From Candidatus Latescibacterota bacterium (GTDB lineage Bacteria > Latescibacterota > UBA2968 > UBA8231): a stretch of 64,000 nucleotides of DNA. Of this stretch, positions 30,629 through 40,619 are shown one piece after another (the first letter of the stretch is position 1; each line of letters starts with the position of its first letter). The stretch lies in the NCBI GenBank assembly GCA_965203175.1, contig OZ241867.1, positions 1,888,001-1,952,000 of the forward strand. The letters run 5' to 3'. The translations under genes and the position numbers were made by a program. Under the pieces are notes generated by a model, which saw nothing but the letters and a program-made list of their open reading frames with translations, was not told the DNA's origin and made no database searches.

Positions 30629-31528
30629 ATGAGCGAGATACAAAATGGCCAGACTGGCACCCTACGCCTCAAGACCGGCCTCGCCGAAATGCTCAAGGGC
30701 GGCGTCATCATGGACGTCGTCACCGCCGACCAAGCCAAGATCGCCGAAGACGCTGGGGCCACCTCGGTCATGGCGCTGGAAAGAGTGCCCGCTGACATCC
30801 GCGCCGAAGGCGGGGTGTCGCGCATGTCGAGCATTGAGAAGCTGCGCCAGATCATGGAGTCCACCTCCATTCCGGTCATGGCCAAATGCCGCATTGGCCA
30901 CTTTGCCGAAGCGCAGATGCTCCAAGCCCTCGGGATCGACTACGTCGACGAAAGCGAGGTCTTGACGCCGGCCGACGAGCACTATCACGTCGATAAGTTC
31001 GCCTTTGAGGTACCCTTCGTCTGCGGCTGCCGCAACCTCGGCGAAGCCCTGCGGCGGATTGGCGAGGGCGCGGCCATGATCCGCACCAAGGGTGAGGCTG
31101 GCTCGGGCAACATCGTCGAAGCCGTGCGCCACATGCGCTCGGTTACGGACGAAATTCGCCGGCTGACGATCCTGCGTCCTGAACAGCTAATGACTGCAGC
31201 CAAAGACCTAGGCGCACCGTATGAATTGGTCCGCTGGGTCGCCGAGCACGGCAAGCTGCCAGTGCCCAATTTTGCCGCCGGCGGCGTCGCCACGCCAGCC
31301 GATGCCTCGCTGATGATGCAGCTCGGTGCCGAGGCCGTTTTCGTCGGCTCCGGAATCTTTAAGTCCGGCGATCCGGCCATCCGCGCCAAAGCCATCGTCG
31401 AGGCCACCACCCACTACGACGATCCAGAGGTCCTGATCCGCGTCTCTGAAAACCTCGGCGAGGCCATGGTCGGCATCAACATCGACACCCTCGAAGAAAA
31501 GGACAAACTGCAAACCCGCGGCTGGTAG
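30629..31528 (+). CDS. pdxS: Pyridoxal 5'-phosphate synthase lyase subunit
   Basis: [44 protein letters not shown]. Start at ATG 30629 after AAGGAG. Confidence 0.97.
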   Translation: MSEIQNGQTGTLRLKTGLAEMLKGGVIMDVVTADQAKIAEDAGATSVMALERVPADIRAEGGVSRMSSIEKLRQIMESTSIPVMAKCRIGHFAEAQMLQALGIDYVDESEVLTPADEHYHVDKFAFEVPFVCGCRNLGEALRRIGEGAAMIRTKGEAGSGNIVEAVRHMRSVTDEIRRLTILRPEQLMTAAKDLGAPYELVRWVAEHGKLPVPNFAAGGVATPADASLMMQLGAEAVFVGSGIFKSGDPAIRAKAIVEATTHYDDPEVLIRVSENLGEAMVGINIDTLEEKDKLQTRGW

Positions 31529-31556
31529 GACGCCGCACAGATGCAAACGGAAAATG

Positions 31557-31584
31557 CCCCGTCTCTGCTCTGTCAGGGACGGGG
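31557..31584 (+). terminator. Intergenic GC-rich hairpin between pdxS and pdxT
   Basis: CCCCGTCTCTG...CAGGGACGGGG stem. No clear U-tract. Confidence 0.4.
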
Positions 31585-31603
31585 TAATCTTATGGTATAA
31601 GCG

Positions 31604-32173
31604 ATGATTGGAATTTTGGGATTGCAGGGCGACTACGCGGCCCACGGCAAAATGCTCGACGCATTAGCCGTCGAATCCCGCGTGGTCAAAAAGCCGGAGC
31701 AATTGTCCACAGTTGACGGCTTAATCTTCCCCGGCGGCGAGAGCACGACGCTAATCAAGCTCATGGACTCTTGGGAGTTCTGGGCACCGCTGTGGGACTT
31801 CGCCGCAGACGGCAATCCCATTTTTGGCACCTGCGCCGGAATGATCCTGTTGGCCAAAGGCGTCTCCAACCCGTCGCAGAAGTCCCTCGCCCTGATCGAC
31901 ATAGACGTCGAGCGCAACAGCTACGGGCGCCAAGTCGATAGCTTCGAGGGGACGGGCGTTTGGGCGGCGGATGGGCAACCGCGATCCCTGCCGATGATTT
32001 TTATCCGCGCACCCCGCATCGCGCGGTTGGGCGACGAGGTCACAGCACTGGCGACCTGCGGTGACGATGTGGTCGTGGCGCGCCAAGGCCAAGTGCTCGT
32101 CGCCTCGTTCCATCCTGAACTGACCAGCGATTTGAGCATCCATCGCTATTTCGTCGATATGGTTGGGCGCTAG
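31604..32173 (+). CDS. pdxT: Pyridoxal 5'-phosphate synthase glutaminase subunit
   Basis: LQGD, PGGESTT, GTCAG, RNSYGRQ, FIRAP, FHPEL. Confidence 0.96.
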   Translation: MIGILGLQGDYAAHGKMLDALAVESRVVKKPEQLSTVDGLIFPGGESTTLIKLMDSWEFWAPLWDFAADGNPIFGTCAGMILLAKGVSNPSQKSLALIDIDVERNSYGRQVDSFEGTGVWAADGQPRSLPMIFIRAPRIARLGDEVTALATCGDDVVVARQGQVLVASFHPELTSDLSIHRYFVDMVGR

Positions 32174-32227
32174 GAAATCGAAAGCAGTCGGTATTGAGAG
32201 ACTTCTAAATCCTCATAGGAGGCAATC

Positions 32228-34504
32228 ATGCGCCTCGCACTGACCTTATGCCTGCTCTTGTTCAACCGCACCTTGGCCGACACCCCACTCACCATCGTCG
32301 AGCAAGGACAGAGCCAAGCCCGCATCGGCGTCCACCCCGAAGCGGACGAGTGGGAGCGCCACGCCGCCAGCGACCTAGTGCGCTATATCGAGGAAATGAG
32401 CGGTGCCCGCCTACCGCTCATTGACCAAGCCGACGCTCTGCACCAAGCCCTAGCCGAAGCCACTCCACTCATTCTGGTAGGCCGGGCTGCCCTCAAAGCC
32501 GAGCCATCCTTAGTACCCCGCCTACAAGCCCTGCAAAAACCCCGGCCCGTCCTGCGCAGCGACGCCATCATCGCCCAGCGTCAAGACAACCGCATCTACT
32601 TAGCTGGGACCAACGACGAATCGCACTACTATGCCGCTGTAGAATTGCTGCACCACTGGGGCTGCCGTTGGTATCTACCCACCGACTTCGGCGCCAGCAT
32701 CCCCCAGCAATCCACCCTGTCCATCGACGCCCTCGACGTGGCCTATGCCCCGCCCTTTGAGGTGCGGCGCTACTGGCTCTCTTGGCACGGCGACAACAGC
32801 GGCCGCGCCGAATTCATGCGGCGCAATCGGCTCAACGACCTATCCGTGCCGGCTGGCCACGCCTTGGGCCACTACGTCGACGATCTGCCAAGTGTAGGGT
32901 CTTCGGCCCAGGCCATCTGCCTGTCCGATCCCGCTACGGCCCACCACATTGCCGCGCAAGTCATGGAGCGCTTTGCCGAGGGAGCCCGAGCCGTATCTCT
33001 AGGCATGGACGATGGCCTCTACGATCTGGCTTGCGCCTCCGACTCCGTTTTGGCCGCTGGCCTATGGGACAAAAACTTCATGGCTCCGGCTCTCACCGAC
33101 CCCTTCATGGCCCTGTACAACAACGTCGCCGAGATAACCCAAGTCCGTTTCCCCGACCGTCGCATTGGCTTCCTAGCCTATTCCAACATCACCTTGCCGC
33201 CCCAACGCCACACGGTGGCTGCCGAGCCTCTGGTAGCGTACCTGGCACCCATCGACGTCTGCCCCATCCATGGCATGGACGATCCCGCTTGTCCACCTAG
33301 CCAAGAGTACCGCGACGTCATGTATCGCTGGGCCCAAACCATGCAGGGCCGCCTCATCATCTACGACTACGACCAAAGCATGCTGGTCTGGCGCGACATC
33401 CCCAACCCCTCCATCCAAGCCATCCGCCAAGACATCCAGCACTACCGCGCCGCTGGCATCCTCGGGGTCGATACCGAGAGCCGGGGTGCCATGGCCACGA
33501 CGTTCCTCAACCTGTATTTGAGAAGCCGTCTCTATTGGGATCCCGATGTGGACGTCGAAGCCGTGCTGGAAGAGTTCTATCCCCGCTTCTTCGGACCAGC
33601 CGCCGCGCCCATGCGCGCCTATTGGCAGGCCATCCACCGCGCTTGGGAACAGACTCCATCCCACGAGCACGAATTCATGCTGGCCCCCACGGTGTACACG
33701 CCAGAGTTGGTGCAAATGCTGGCTCCCCGCGTCGCCGAGGCCGAAATCCTAGTCGCCGATTTACCCTCTGATGACTTATTCGTCCAGCGGGTGCGCTTTG
33801 TCAGGGCTGGTTTTGGCGTTTTGCAAAACTACATGGACATGGTCGCCCAAGCCGTCACGCAGGTAGATTATCCAGCCGCCGTACAGGCCGGCGAACGGGG
33901 CCTCGCTTGGCGCGACAGCCTGACGCAAATGCACCCTACATTCACCACCACCCGTCTAGAGCAAGGCGATCCCTGGTGGACCGGAGAGGTCGAACAGTAC
34001 CGGGATCTGAGCAAATTGACGCACGGACCCCAAGGCCACCTAGTGCAAAAGCTCCCTCTCGAATGGACCTTCCGCACGGATCCGCACGACGCTGGCCTGC
34101 ACCAAGGATGGGGACGTTCCGATCTCGACCTATCGTCGTGGCGACCGCTGCGCACCGACCTCTACATGGAAGTCCAGGGAGTTGCTGCGGCCGATGGCGG
34201 CGAGTACAATGGCTTTGTCTGGTACCGCACGGACATTGAGATAAGCGCAACTGAGGCCGGCCAAACGCTCCACATCCGCTTTCCCGGCCTGTTCGGCAAA
34301 GCTTGGCTCTACGTCGATGGTTACTTGGTGGGGCACCGCGCCTGGCGTCCCATGTGGTGGCACAACGACTATCGCTTCGAATGGGATGTCGATCTGAGCG
34401 AGGCCCTGTCTCCCGGCACCCACACCCTAGCCTTGCGCCTGCACAACGAGCATCACATGGGCGGCATCTGGCGCCGTCCTTTTCTCTATGAGAAGCGCAT
34501 GTAG
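32228..34504 (+). CDS. Secreted DUF4838-type protein with C-terminal galactose-binding-like domain
   Basis: Signal peptide, GH20/GH67-like N-terminal domain, WGCRWY, CLSDP, LAYSN..PP, C-terminal W.FRTDP/WYRT/GGIWRRP. Confidence 0.65.
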   Translation: MRLALTLCLLLFNRTLADTPLTIVEQGQSQARIGVHPEADEWERHAASDLVRYIEEMSGARLPLIDQADALHQALAEATPLILVGRAALKAEPSLVPRLQALQKPRPVLRSDAIIAQRQDNRIYLAGTNDESHYYAAVELLHHWGCRWYLPTDFGASIPQQSTLSIDALDVAYAPPFEVRRYWLSWHGDNSGRAEFMRRNRLNDLSVPAGHALGHYVDDLPSVGSSAQAICLSDPATAHHIAAQVMERFAEGARAVSLGMDDGLYDLACASDSVLAAGLWDKNFMAPALTDPFMALYNNVAEITQVRFPDRRIGFLAYSNITLPPQRHTVAAEPLVAYLAPIDVCPIHGMDDPACPPSQEYRDVMYRWAQTMQGRLIIYDYDQSMLVWRDIPNPSIQAIRQDIQHYRAAGILGVDTESRGAMATTFLNLYLRSRLYWDPDVDVEAVLEEFYPRFFGPAAAPMRAYWQAIHRAWEQTPSHEHEFMLAPTVYTPELVQMLAPRVAEAEILVADLPSDDLFVQRVRFVRAGFGVLQNYMDMVAQAVTQVDYPAAVQAGERGLAWRDSLTQMHPTFTTTRLEQGDPWWTGEVEQYRDLSKLTHGPQGHLVQKLPLEWTFRTDPHDAGLHQGWGRSDLDLSSWRPLRTDLYMEVQGVAAADGGEYNGFVWYRTDIEISATEAGQTLHIRFPGLFGKAWLYVDGYLVGHRAWRPMWWHNDYRFEWDVDLSEALSPGTHTLALRLHNEHHMGGIWRRPFLYEKRM

Positions 34505-34568
34505 GAGCAGGTCAAAGCATTCAGATCGCGGAAATCCCAATCCTCGACCAACCTGAAAGGAATCGTCC

Positions 34569-35408
34569 ATGATCGTCGATACCCACGTACACATCTGGGA
34601 AATGTCCGAGAAATACCCCATCGGACCCACCGCCCCTAACTGGACCTCCGAGCCGGACGAACCCGCCACCGCCGACGAGCTAATCGAGGACATGGACCAA
34701 AACGGCGTTGACCGCAGCGTCTTAGTGCAGACTAGCTGGTCCACTTGGGACAACGGCTATATCGCCGATTCGCAGGCCCGCTTCCCCGACCGCTTTATCG
34801 GCCACGGCATGCTCGACCCGCAAAATCCAGACAATGCCGACCAAGCGCGCTACTGGATGGAGGAGCGCGGCTTGCTCGGTTTCCGCTTCCACCCCATGTA
34901 CTACCCGGACGAAAAAGTCCTGACCACGCCTCAGAACCGTCCCATGTGGGAAGTCCTAGCCGCAATGGGTGCCGTCATCCAGTTCCATCTCAACGCCGCT
35001 TGCGCCGATCAAGTAGCTGAAATCGCCCGCCGCCATCCGCAGATGCCCCTGCTGTTGGACCACATGGGCTATCCCAACCTCGACGAACCGCCCGAGGCTT
35101 TTCAGCCCATTGTCGAGCTAGCCGGTTTCGACAATGTGGCAGTGAAAATATCGGACGTCCACGGCCGTTCAAAGCAGGCTTTCCCCTATGCCGACGTGCA
35201 TCCCTTCATCCAGCGCCTGCACCGCTCCTTTGGGGCCGAGCGCATGCTGTGGGGCACGGGTTATCCGGGGCACCACCGTACCAAGCACAACTGGCCAACC
35301 CTAGGCGAAGAGTTGCGTTTAGTACAGGAAGGTTTCGACTTTCTCAGCCCGCGCGAAAAAGACCAGATGCTAGGCGGTACAGCCGCCCGTATCTGGGGAC
35401 TGATCTAA
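34569..35408 (+). CDS. Amidohydrolase family 2 protein
   Basis: DTHVH, GFRFHP, LDHMG, RMLWGT.YP. Confidence 0.85.
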   Translation: MIVDTHVHIWEMSEKYPIGPTAPNWTSEPDEPATADELIEDMDQNGVDRSVLVQTSWSTWDNGYIADSQARFPDRFIGHGMLDPQNPDNADQARYWMEERGLLGFRFHPMYYPDEKVLTTPQNRPMWEVLAAMGAVIQFHLNAACADQVAEIARRHPQMPLLLDHMGYPNLDEPPEAFQPIVELAGFDNVAVKISDVHGRSKQAFPYADVHPFIQRLHRSFGAERMLWGTGYPGHHRTKHNWPTLGEELRLVQEGFDFLSPREKDQMLGGTAARIWGLI

Positions 35409-35451
35409 CCGTTACAAGTTCGTCCATACATAATCCAAAAGGGAGACCCGC

Positions 35452-36969
35452 ATGACATTGGACACCAACGACCAAAACATATATCAAGCCATTGGCGTCG
35501 AACCCATCATCAACTGCCGTGGCACCTTTACCATCATCGGCGGCTCGGTCGAACTCCCCGAAGTTGTGGCGGCCATGGAAGCAGCCTCGGGCTACTTCGT
35601 CCAATACGACGAACTGGCCGAAGCCGTCGGCCAAAGACTCGCTGAGATTACCGGTGCCGACTGGGGCCTGATTCCGGCGGGCTGCGCCGCTGGCCTCAAG
35701 CACATCACCGCAGCTTGCGTCACTGGCGGCAATCCCGAAAAACTGATCCGCATCCCGGATTTGACTGGCTTGGACAAAACCCAAGTCATCATCCCCCGGT
35801 ACTCGCGCAACGCCTACGACCACGCCCTGCGCAGCATCGGCGTCGAAATCGTCATGGTCGAGACCCGGGTCGAATTGGAGCAAGCCATCAATCCCCGCAC
35901 CGCCATGATCTACATAACCACGGGGGCAGGTTCCGCCACCGGCCAACCGCTTTCCCTAGAGGTTATTGCTGAAGTAGCCCGCCCGCACAACATTCCCATC
36001 CTCGCCGACTCCGCGGCCGAAAACCTCACCATTCCCAATGTCCATTTGCAAAGGGGAGCTACGGTCGTGGCCTACAGCGGCGGCAAAGCTCTGTGCGGGC
36101 CCCAGTGCGCCGGCTTGGTTCTGGGCGACAAAGCCTTGCTCCAGTCGGCGTGGCAATTCAGTTCGCCGCACCACGGGCCGGGCCGCGATAATAAAATCGG
36201 CAAGGAAGAGATCATGGGGATGCTAGCGGCAGTGGAAGCCTGGGTGCGCCGCGACCACGCCGCCGAATGGCAGACTTGGCTGTCCTATCTCGACCACATC
36301 GCCCAGCGGGTGCGCGACATTGACAGCGTATCGACCGAGGTCAACGATCCCACTGGCCTGTCCAACCGCGCTCCGGTCCTCACCATTAGCTGGGACCCGG
36401 CTGTCTTGCACATTACCGGCGCAGAGGTCGCCGAGGATTTCGCCCGCAACAAACCCCGCATTGCCGTGGCCAGCGGCGATGCCAATGGCCGCACTTCCAT
36501 CGGCATCACGCCCAACCAGATGCAGCCGGGCAACGACGAAGTGGTCGCCGACCGGATCCACCGCATCTTATCGGCGCAACGGAGTCCCCAATCGACCGAG
36601 CTAGCCCCTCCGTCAACTGATGTCAGCGGTTCCTGGGATCTGACCATCAACTATTCGAGCAGCAGCAGCCAGCACCAGCTATTCCTCGAACAGGAGGGGC
36701 ATTGGATCGGCGGCACCCATATAAGCGATTTTTCTCAACAGCAAATCGCCGGCGTCATCGAAGGCGATCAGGTAAAGCTGCGCAGCCAAGTGAGCCGCCC
36801 AGGCGATAACATCCCCTTCCTATTTGCGGGCCGCGCTGCGGCAGACCGCATTTCGGGATTCATTCACCTAGGCGAGTACCGCAACGCCGATTTCATCGCC
36901 TGCCGCTCCCAGTACGCAAAAGCGCCGATCTCCATTGCCATACCCGGCGGAGCGCCGCTGGCTACCTAG
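35452..36969 (+). CDS. SelA-like PLP-dependent enzyme with extra C-terminal beta domain
   Basis: IINCRGTFT.IGGS, DSAAE, YSGGKAL.GPQ, GRDNKIGKEE. Confidence 0.75.
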   Translation: MTLDTNDQNIYQAIGVEPIINCRGTFTIIGGSVELPEVVAAMEAASGYFVQYDELAEAVGQRLAEITGADWGLIPAGCAAGLKHITAACVTGGNPEKLIRIPDLTGLDKTQVIIPRYSRNAYDHALRSIGVEIVMVETRVELEQAINPRTAMIYITTGAGSATGQPLSLEVIAEVARPHNIPILADSAAENLTIPNVHLQRGATVVAYSGGKALCGPQCAGLVLGDKALLQSAWQFSSPHHGPGRDNKIGKEEIMGMLAAVEAWVRRDHAAEWQTWLSYLDHIAQRVRDIDSVSTEVNDPTGLSNRAPVLTISWDPAVLHITGAEVAEDFARNKPRIAVASGDANGRTSIGITPNQMQPGNDEVVADRIHRILSAQRSPQSTELAPPSTDVSGSWDLTINYSSSSSQHQLFLEQEGHWIGGTHISDFSQQQIAGVIEGDQVKLRSQVSRPGDNIPFLFAGRAAADRISGFIHLGEYRNADFIACRSQYAKAPISIAIPGGAPLAT

Positions 36970-38074
36970 AGTCCGGCGCGACCGCCTTCCTGCGCAAGGT
37001 CTGCGCCGCCAGCAGCTCGGCATCCGGCGTCGGCAGATCGCCAGTCGAGGGCTTGAAGACGCAGCCCTCGGCCAGTTCTAGGGGCGGTTGCGACAGGTCG
37101 CGGCGATAGAAGCGGGAGGAAGGGAACAAGTCGCCTGGGTAGGTGAAGTTCTCCAGCGTCGCCAGCTCCACGCAGATCGATCCCCCCAGAGCGCTTTCGA
37201 GCATGCCCCCGACCCACACCGGCACGCCGGCGTCCCTGGCCATATCGTGCACGGCGAGGGCATTGGTCAAGCCGCCGATCCTTCCCGGCTTGATGTTGAT
37301 GTAGCGACAGGCGCCGATGCGCAGCGCCTGCTCGGCGGTGCGCGGATCGATGATGCTCTCGTCGAGACAGATGGGCGTGCCGATCTGTCTCGCGAGCTCG
37401 GCGTGATCGAGCAGGTCGTTGTACGCAAGTGGCTGCTCGATGAAGGCGAGCCCCATGCCGTCGATAGCCTTGAAAAATGGCAGATCGTCGAGGGTGTACC
37501 CGCTGTTGCAGTCGATGTGGAAGGTGGTGTCGGGGAAGGTGCTGGTGACGATTTGCAGCATTTCCAAGTCCCAGCCTGGGGCCGCTTTCAGCTTGATGCG
37601 CGGGAATCCGGCGTCGACGGCCTTCTGAATATTCCCGAGGAGCATGTCGTAGGAGTCCTGGATGCCGAAATCAGCGCCGGCCACCACGTCGCGGGTCTGG
37701 CCGCCGAGAAGCCGATGCAGGGGGGTGCCAGTGATGCGGCTCTGCAGCGTCCACCAGCCGATCTCCACGGCCGCCTTGGCGAAGCTATTGCCCTTGAAAA
37801 TCGCCAGCCGCTGGTTGAGCTCGGCGGCCGTGTCGTACTCGCGCCCCACGACCCAGGGCCCTATCACCTCGGAGACGTGGTAGAACGCGGACCCGGCGCT
37901 CTCATTGAGATAGGTGGGTGCGAAGAAGGGGGTGCTCTCCGACCAGGCTTCGTGCTCGCCGCTGGTCAGCTTGACGAGTACCGAGTGGATGTCGGCGTCT
38001 TCCCCATACGCCGTGCGCCAGGGATAGATGAGCGGCATCACCACGTAGTACACGTCGAGTCTGTCGATTCGCAT
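36962..38074 (-). CDS. menC: o-succinylbenzoate synthase / N-acylamino acid racemase (NSAR/OSBS subfamily)
   Basis: IKLK, IDCN, IEQP, LDES, NIKPGRIGG, GGMLE, PGD. Confidence 0.8.
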   Translation of the reverse strand: MRIDRLDVYYVVMPLIYPWRTAYGEDADIHSVLVKLTSGEHEAWSESTPFFAPTYLNESAGSAFYHVSEVIGPWVVGREYDTAAELNQRLAIFKGNSFAKAAVEIGWWTLQSRITGTPLHRLLGGQTRDVVAGADFGIQDSYDMLLGNIQKAVDAGFPRIKLKAAPGWDLEMLQIVTSTFPDTTFHIDCNSGYTLDDLPFFKAIDGMGLAFIEQPLAYNDLLDHAELARQIGTPICLDESIIDPRTAEQALRIGACRYINIKPGRIGGLTNALAVHDMARDAGVPVWVGGMLESALGGSICVELATLENFTYPGDLFPSSRFYRRDLSQPPLELAEGCVFKPSTGDLPTPDAELLAAQTLRRKAVAPDSR

Positions 38075-39214
38075 CTATCGCCTCGCCTCCCCGGCCAGCG
38101 TCGTCACCGCTTCGACCAGTGTGTCCAGCTCCGCGTCGCTGGTGTAGAAAGCCACCGAGATCCGCACGCCGGTCGGATCGGTCATGTACGTGCCCCGTTG
38201 GACTATCTGCCAGCGCTGTCTGAGGGCAGTGGAGACCTCGTCGCCCTCCATCCCTGCGATGGCGAATGTGACGATGCCACTCCGGGTCTCGGGGCGGCGT
38301 GAACTGACTACCTGCACACCGGGAATGGCATCGAGACGCGCCCACAACCCCTCTGCCTTGCGGCTCGCCTCCGCGGCGATGGCCTGAGAGCCGCCGATGC
38401 AGGTCAGGAAGTCGAAGCTGGCACCGACACCCAAGTAGAGCACGCTCGCCGGACTCCCCATCTCGTACTGTCGCGCTGAGGCGGAGGGATCGTGCGGACG
38501 CCGCAACGGCCTGAGAGTCTGCTGCGCATCTTTGCGGACGTAGAGGAACCCCGTGCCGATCGGCGCCAGCAGCCACTTGTAGCAGTTGGTAGCGTAGAAG
38601 TCGCAGCCCATGCCATGGAGGTCCACCGGCAGCTGCCCCACCGCCTGACAGCCGTCCCACAGCGTGAGGATTCCGCGGGCCCGAGCTAGGGCGCAGATCT
38701 CCTCAGCCGGTAGCAGGGTGCCCGAATCGGTGGTGACGTGACTGAAGCAGATCAGCCGGGTGCGTGGCGTGATGGCCTGTTCCACCCGTTCTAGGATCAC
38801 GTCTTTGTCATGGTCCAGCTCGACCTCCTTGATGACGGCCCCCTCCCGGTCGGCTAGTCCTTGAACGGACTGAAGCGGTACCGGATGCTCCTCGCTGGTG
38901 ATCAACACCTCGTCACCCGGTTCCCAGCGCAGCCCCCCCAACACCATGCCAAAGCCGTCGCCGGTACTCATGGTCAAGGCGATCTCCGTCGAGTCGGCCC
39001 CTAAGAAGTCGGCGATCTTCGCAGGAATCTCGGAAGCGGCCTTGCTCATCGCTTCATACCAGTCGATGGGACTCAGTCTGCCATCGGCCATTAGCTGGTA
39101 GCCGGCGGTGATCGCCTGACTCACGCTGGCGGGTGCCTGGCCGACCCCGCCGGTATTGAGATAGACGCCAAACCGCAGACCCGGGATCTGATCTCGAATC
39201 TCAGCGACATCCAT
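38075..39214 (-). CDS. Aminotransferase class V PLP enzyme (isopenicillin N epimerase/cysteine lyase-like)
   Basis: YLNTG, EEHP, FSHVT, DGCQ..G, YKWLLAP.GTG, RIS. Confidence 0.85.
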   Translation of the reverse strand: MDVAEIRDQIPGLRFGVYLNTGGVGQAPASVSQAITAGYQLMADGRLSPIDWYEAMSKAASEIPAKIADFLGADSTEIALTMSTGDGFGMVLGGLRWEPGDEVLITSEEHPVPLQSVQGLADREGAVIKEVELDHDKDVILERVEQAITPRTRLICFSHVTTDSGTLLPAEEICALARARGILTLWDGCQAVGQLPVDLHGMGCDFYATNCYKWLLAPIGTGFLYVRKDAQQTLRPLRRPHDPSASARQYEMGSPASVLYLGVGASFDFLTCIGGSQAIAAEASRKAEGLWARLDAIPGVQVVSSRRPETRSGIVTFAIAGMEGDEVSTALRQRWQIVQRGTYMTDPTGVRISVAFYTSDAELDTLVEAVTTLAGEARR

Positions 39215-39237
39215 TGGCCTGTTCCTCTCTGTGCTGA

Positions 39238-40500
39238 CTATTGAACGCGCACCCCGGCTTGAAAAACCGCCCTGACGTCGCTGAAGGCGGCCACATCTGC
39301 CGTCGGATCGCTCCCAAAGGCGACGAGGTCCGCAGATTTGCCGACCTCGATGGTCCCCACCTCATCGGCAATACCGGCCGCCTCGGCCGAAACCCGGGTC
39401 GCCGCGACGAGGGCTTCGGCTGGGGTAAAGCCGCATTCGACCAGTAGTTGAAGGTCGTAGTCTAAGTGGCCGAATTCGAGGCTGCCCACTCCCGAATCCG
39501 TGCCGGGCACCACGCGCTCCTTCAGACAGTAGTCGAGCATCTGCCGCATCACGTCCAGCCGCTTCTCCGCTCGTTGTTCGAGATGGGCGAGCGCTGTCTC
39601 CTCTTTGGCACTCATAGCGCCCTCGTCGCGCAGCTTGCGCAGGCGCACCATCTCCGGATAGTTGGTCCACGCCTGCAGCGTGGGGCTCAGCCAGATGCCG
39701 GATTCGGCCAACATCTCGGCTACTTTCGGGTCGAAGCGCATCACGTGGTCCGGTTCAAGAAACTCGACGTGCTCGATCAGGTCGATGCCGGCCTCGACGG
39801 CCCGCACCATCGATTCCTTGGCGCGGCAATGGGCGACAGTGAGGCGGTGAAACTGGCGCGCCTCGCCCACCAGGGCCTGCAGTTCTTCAGTCGAATAGGA
39901 GGCCAACCCCGGAATCGTGCCGGTCGTCCCTCCCCCGGAGGCCATTACTTTGATGTAGTCGGCTCCCTCGTGCACGAGCTGGCGCACGGAGCGGCGGATC
40001 TCTTCTACTCCGTCGGCGATCTCGTTGCACATGTGGAAGTGGCCACCCGTGCAGGTGATCGGGCGACCGCTGACGAGCAGCCGCGGCCCGGAGATGTATC
40101 CGCGTTTCAGACCTTGCTTGAGGATGAATCCGACTCGGTTGCGGGCGCCGTGCTCGCACAGGGTGGTGATACCGGCGCGCAGGTGCTTGCGCATGTTCAT
40201 GGCCCCGATGAGCACCATGGTCTCATCGCTTTCCCGGAATGTCTGATCGTAGGGCTGGCCGTTTCCCGGGAGGCTGAGGTGGGTGTGGCCATCGATAAGA
40301 CCGGGGGTGAGGCAGCAGCCGTTCAAATCGACGGTCGGGGTATCGGGAGGCGTCTCCTGCTCCACCTGTGCCAGTGGTCCGACCGCGGCGATCTCGCCAT
40401 TTCGTACGAATACCGCCTGCCCGGCCTTGGCGCTGCCGCCGAGGCCATCGGCAAGCAGTCCTGGGCGAATCAGTACCGTCTGTGAATTCGCTTTAGACAT
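39238..40500 (-). CDS. Metal-dependent amidohydrolase (prolidase/Xaa-Pro dipeptidase-like)
   Basis: PGLIDGHTH, IKVMASGG, AHC, IEH, GTDSG, G.SADLV. Confidence 0.87.
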   Translation of the reverse strand: MSKANSQTVLIRPGLLADGLGGSAKAGQAVFVRNGEIAAVGPLAQVEQETPPDTPTVDLNGCCLTPGLIDGHTHLSLPGNGQPYDQTFRESDETMVLIGAMNMRKHLRAGITTLCEHGARNRVGFILKQGLKRGYISGPRLLVSGRPITCTGGHFHMCNEIADGVEEIRRSVRQLVHEGADYIKVMASGGGTTGTIPGLASYSTEELQALVGEARQFHRLTVAHCRAKESMVRAVEAGIDLIEHVEFLEPDHVMRFDPKVAEMLAESGIWLSPTLQAWTNYPEMVRLRKLRDEGAMSAKEETALAHLEQRAEKRLDVMRQMLDYCLKERVVPGTDSGVGSLEFGHLDYDLQLLVECGFTPAEALVAATRVSAEAAGIADEVGTIEVGKSADLVAFGSDPTADVAAFSDVRAVFQAGVRVQ

Positions 40501-40619
40501 AGTTTGTCTCCGTTGTCGCGTTCAAATTGTGCATCGGTCAAATTCGGTTCATATTTTTGGGCCAACCCAATATAGAGCCTTGCGGCTACAATGGCCCGTC
40601 CTGCACTGGAGAACCTATC

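Noticed and set aside
35452-36969. Selenocysteine synthase selA
   Set aside because: No sel context, and the architecture fits the SelA-like catabolic group.
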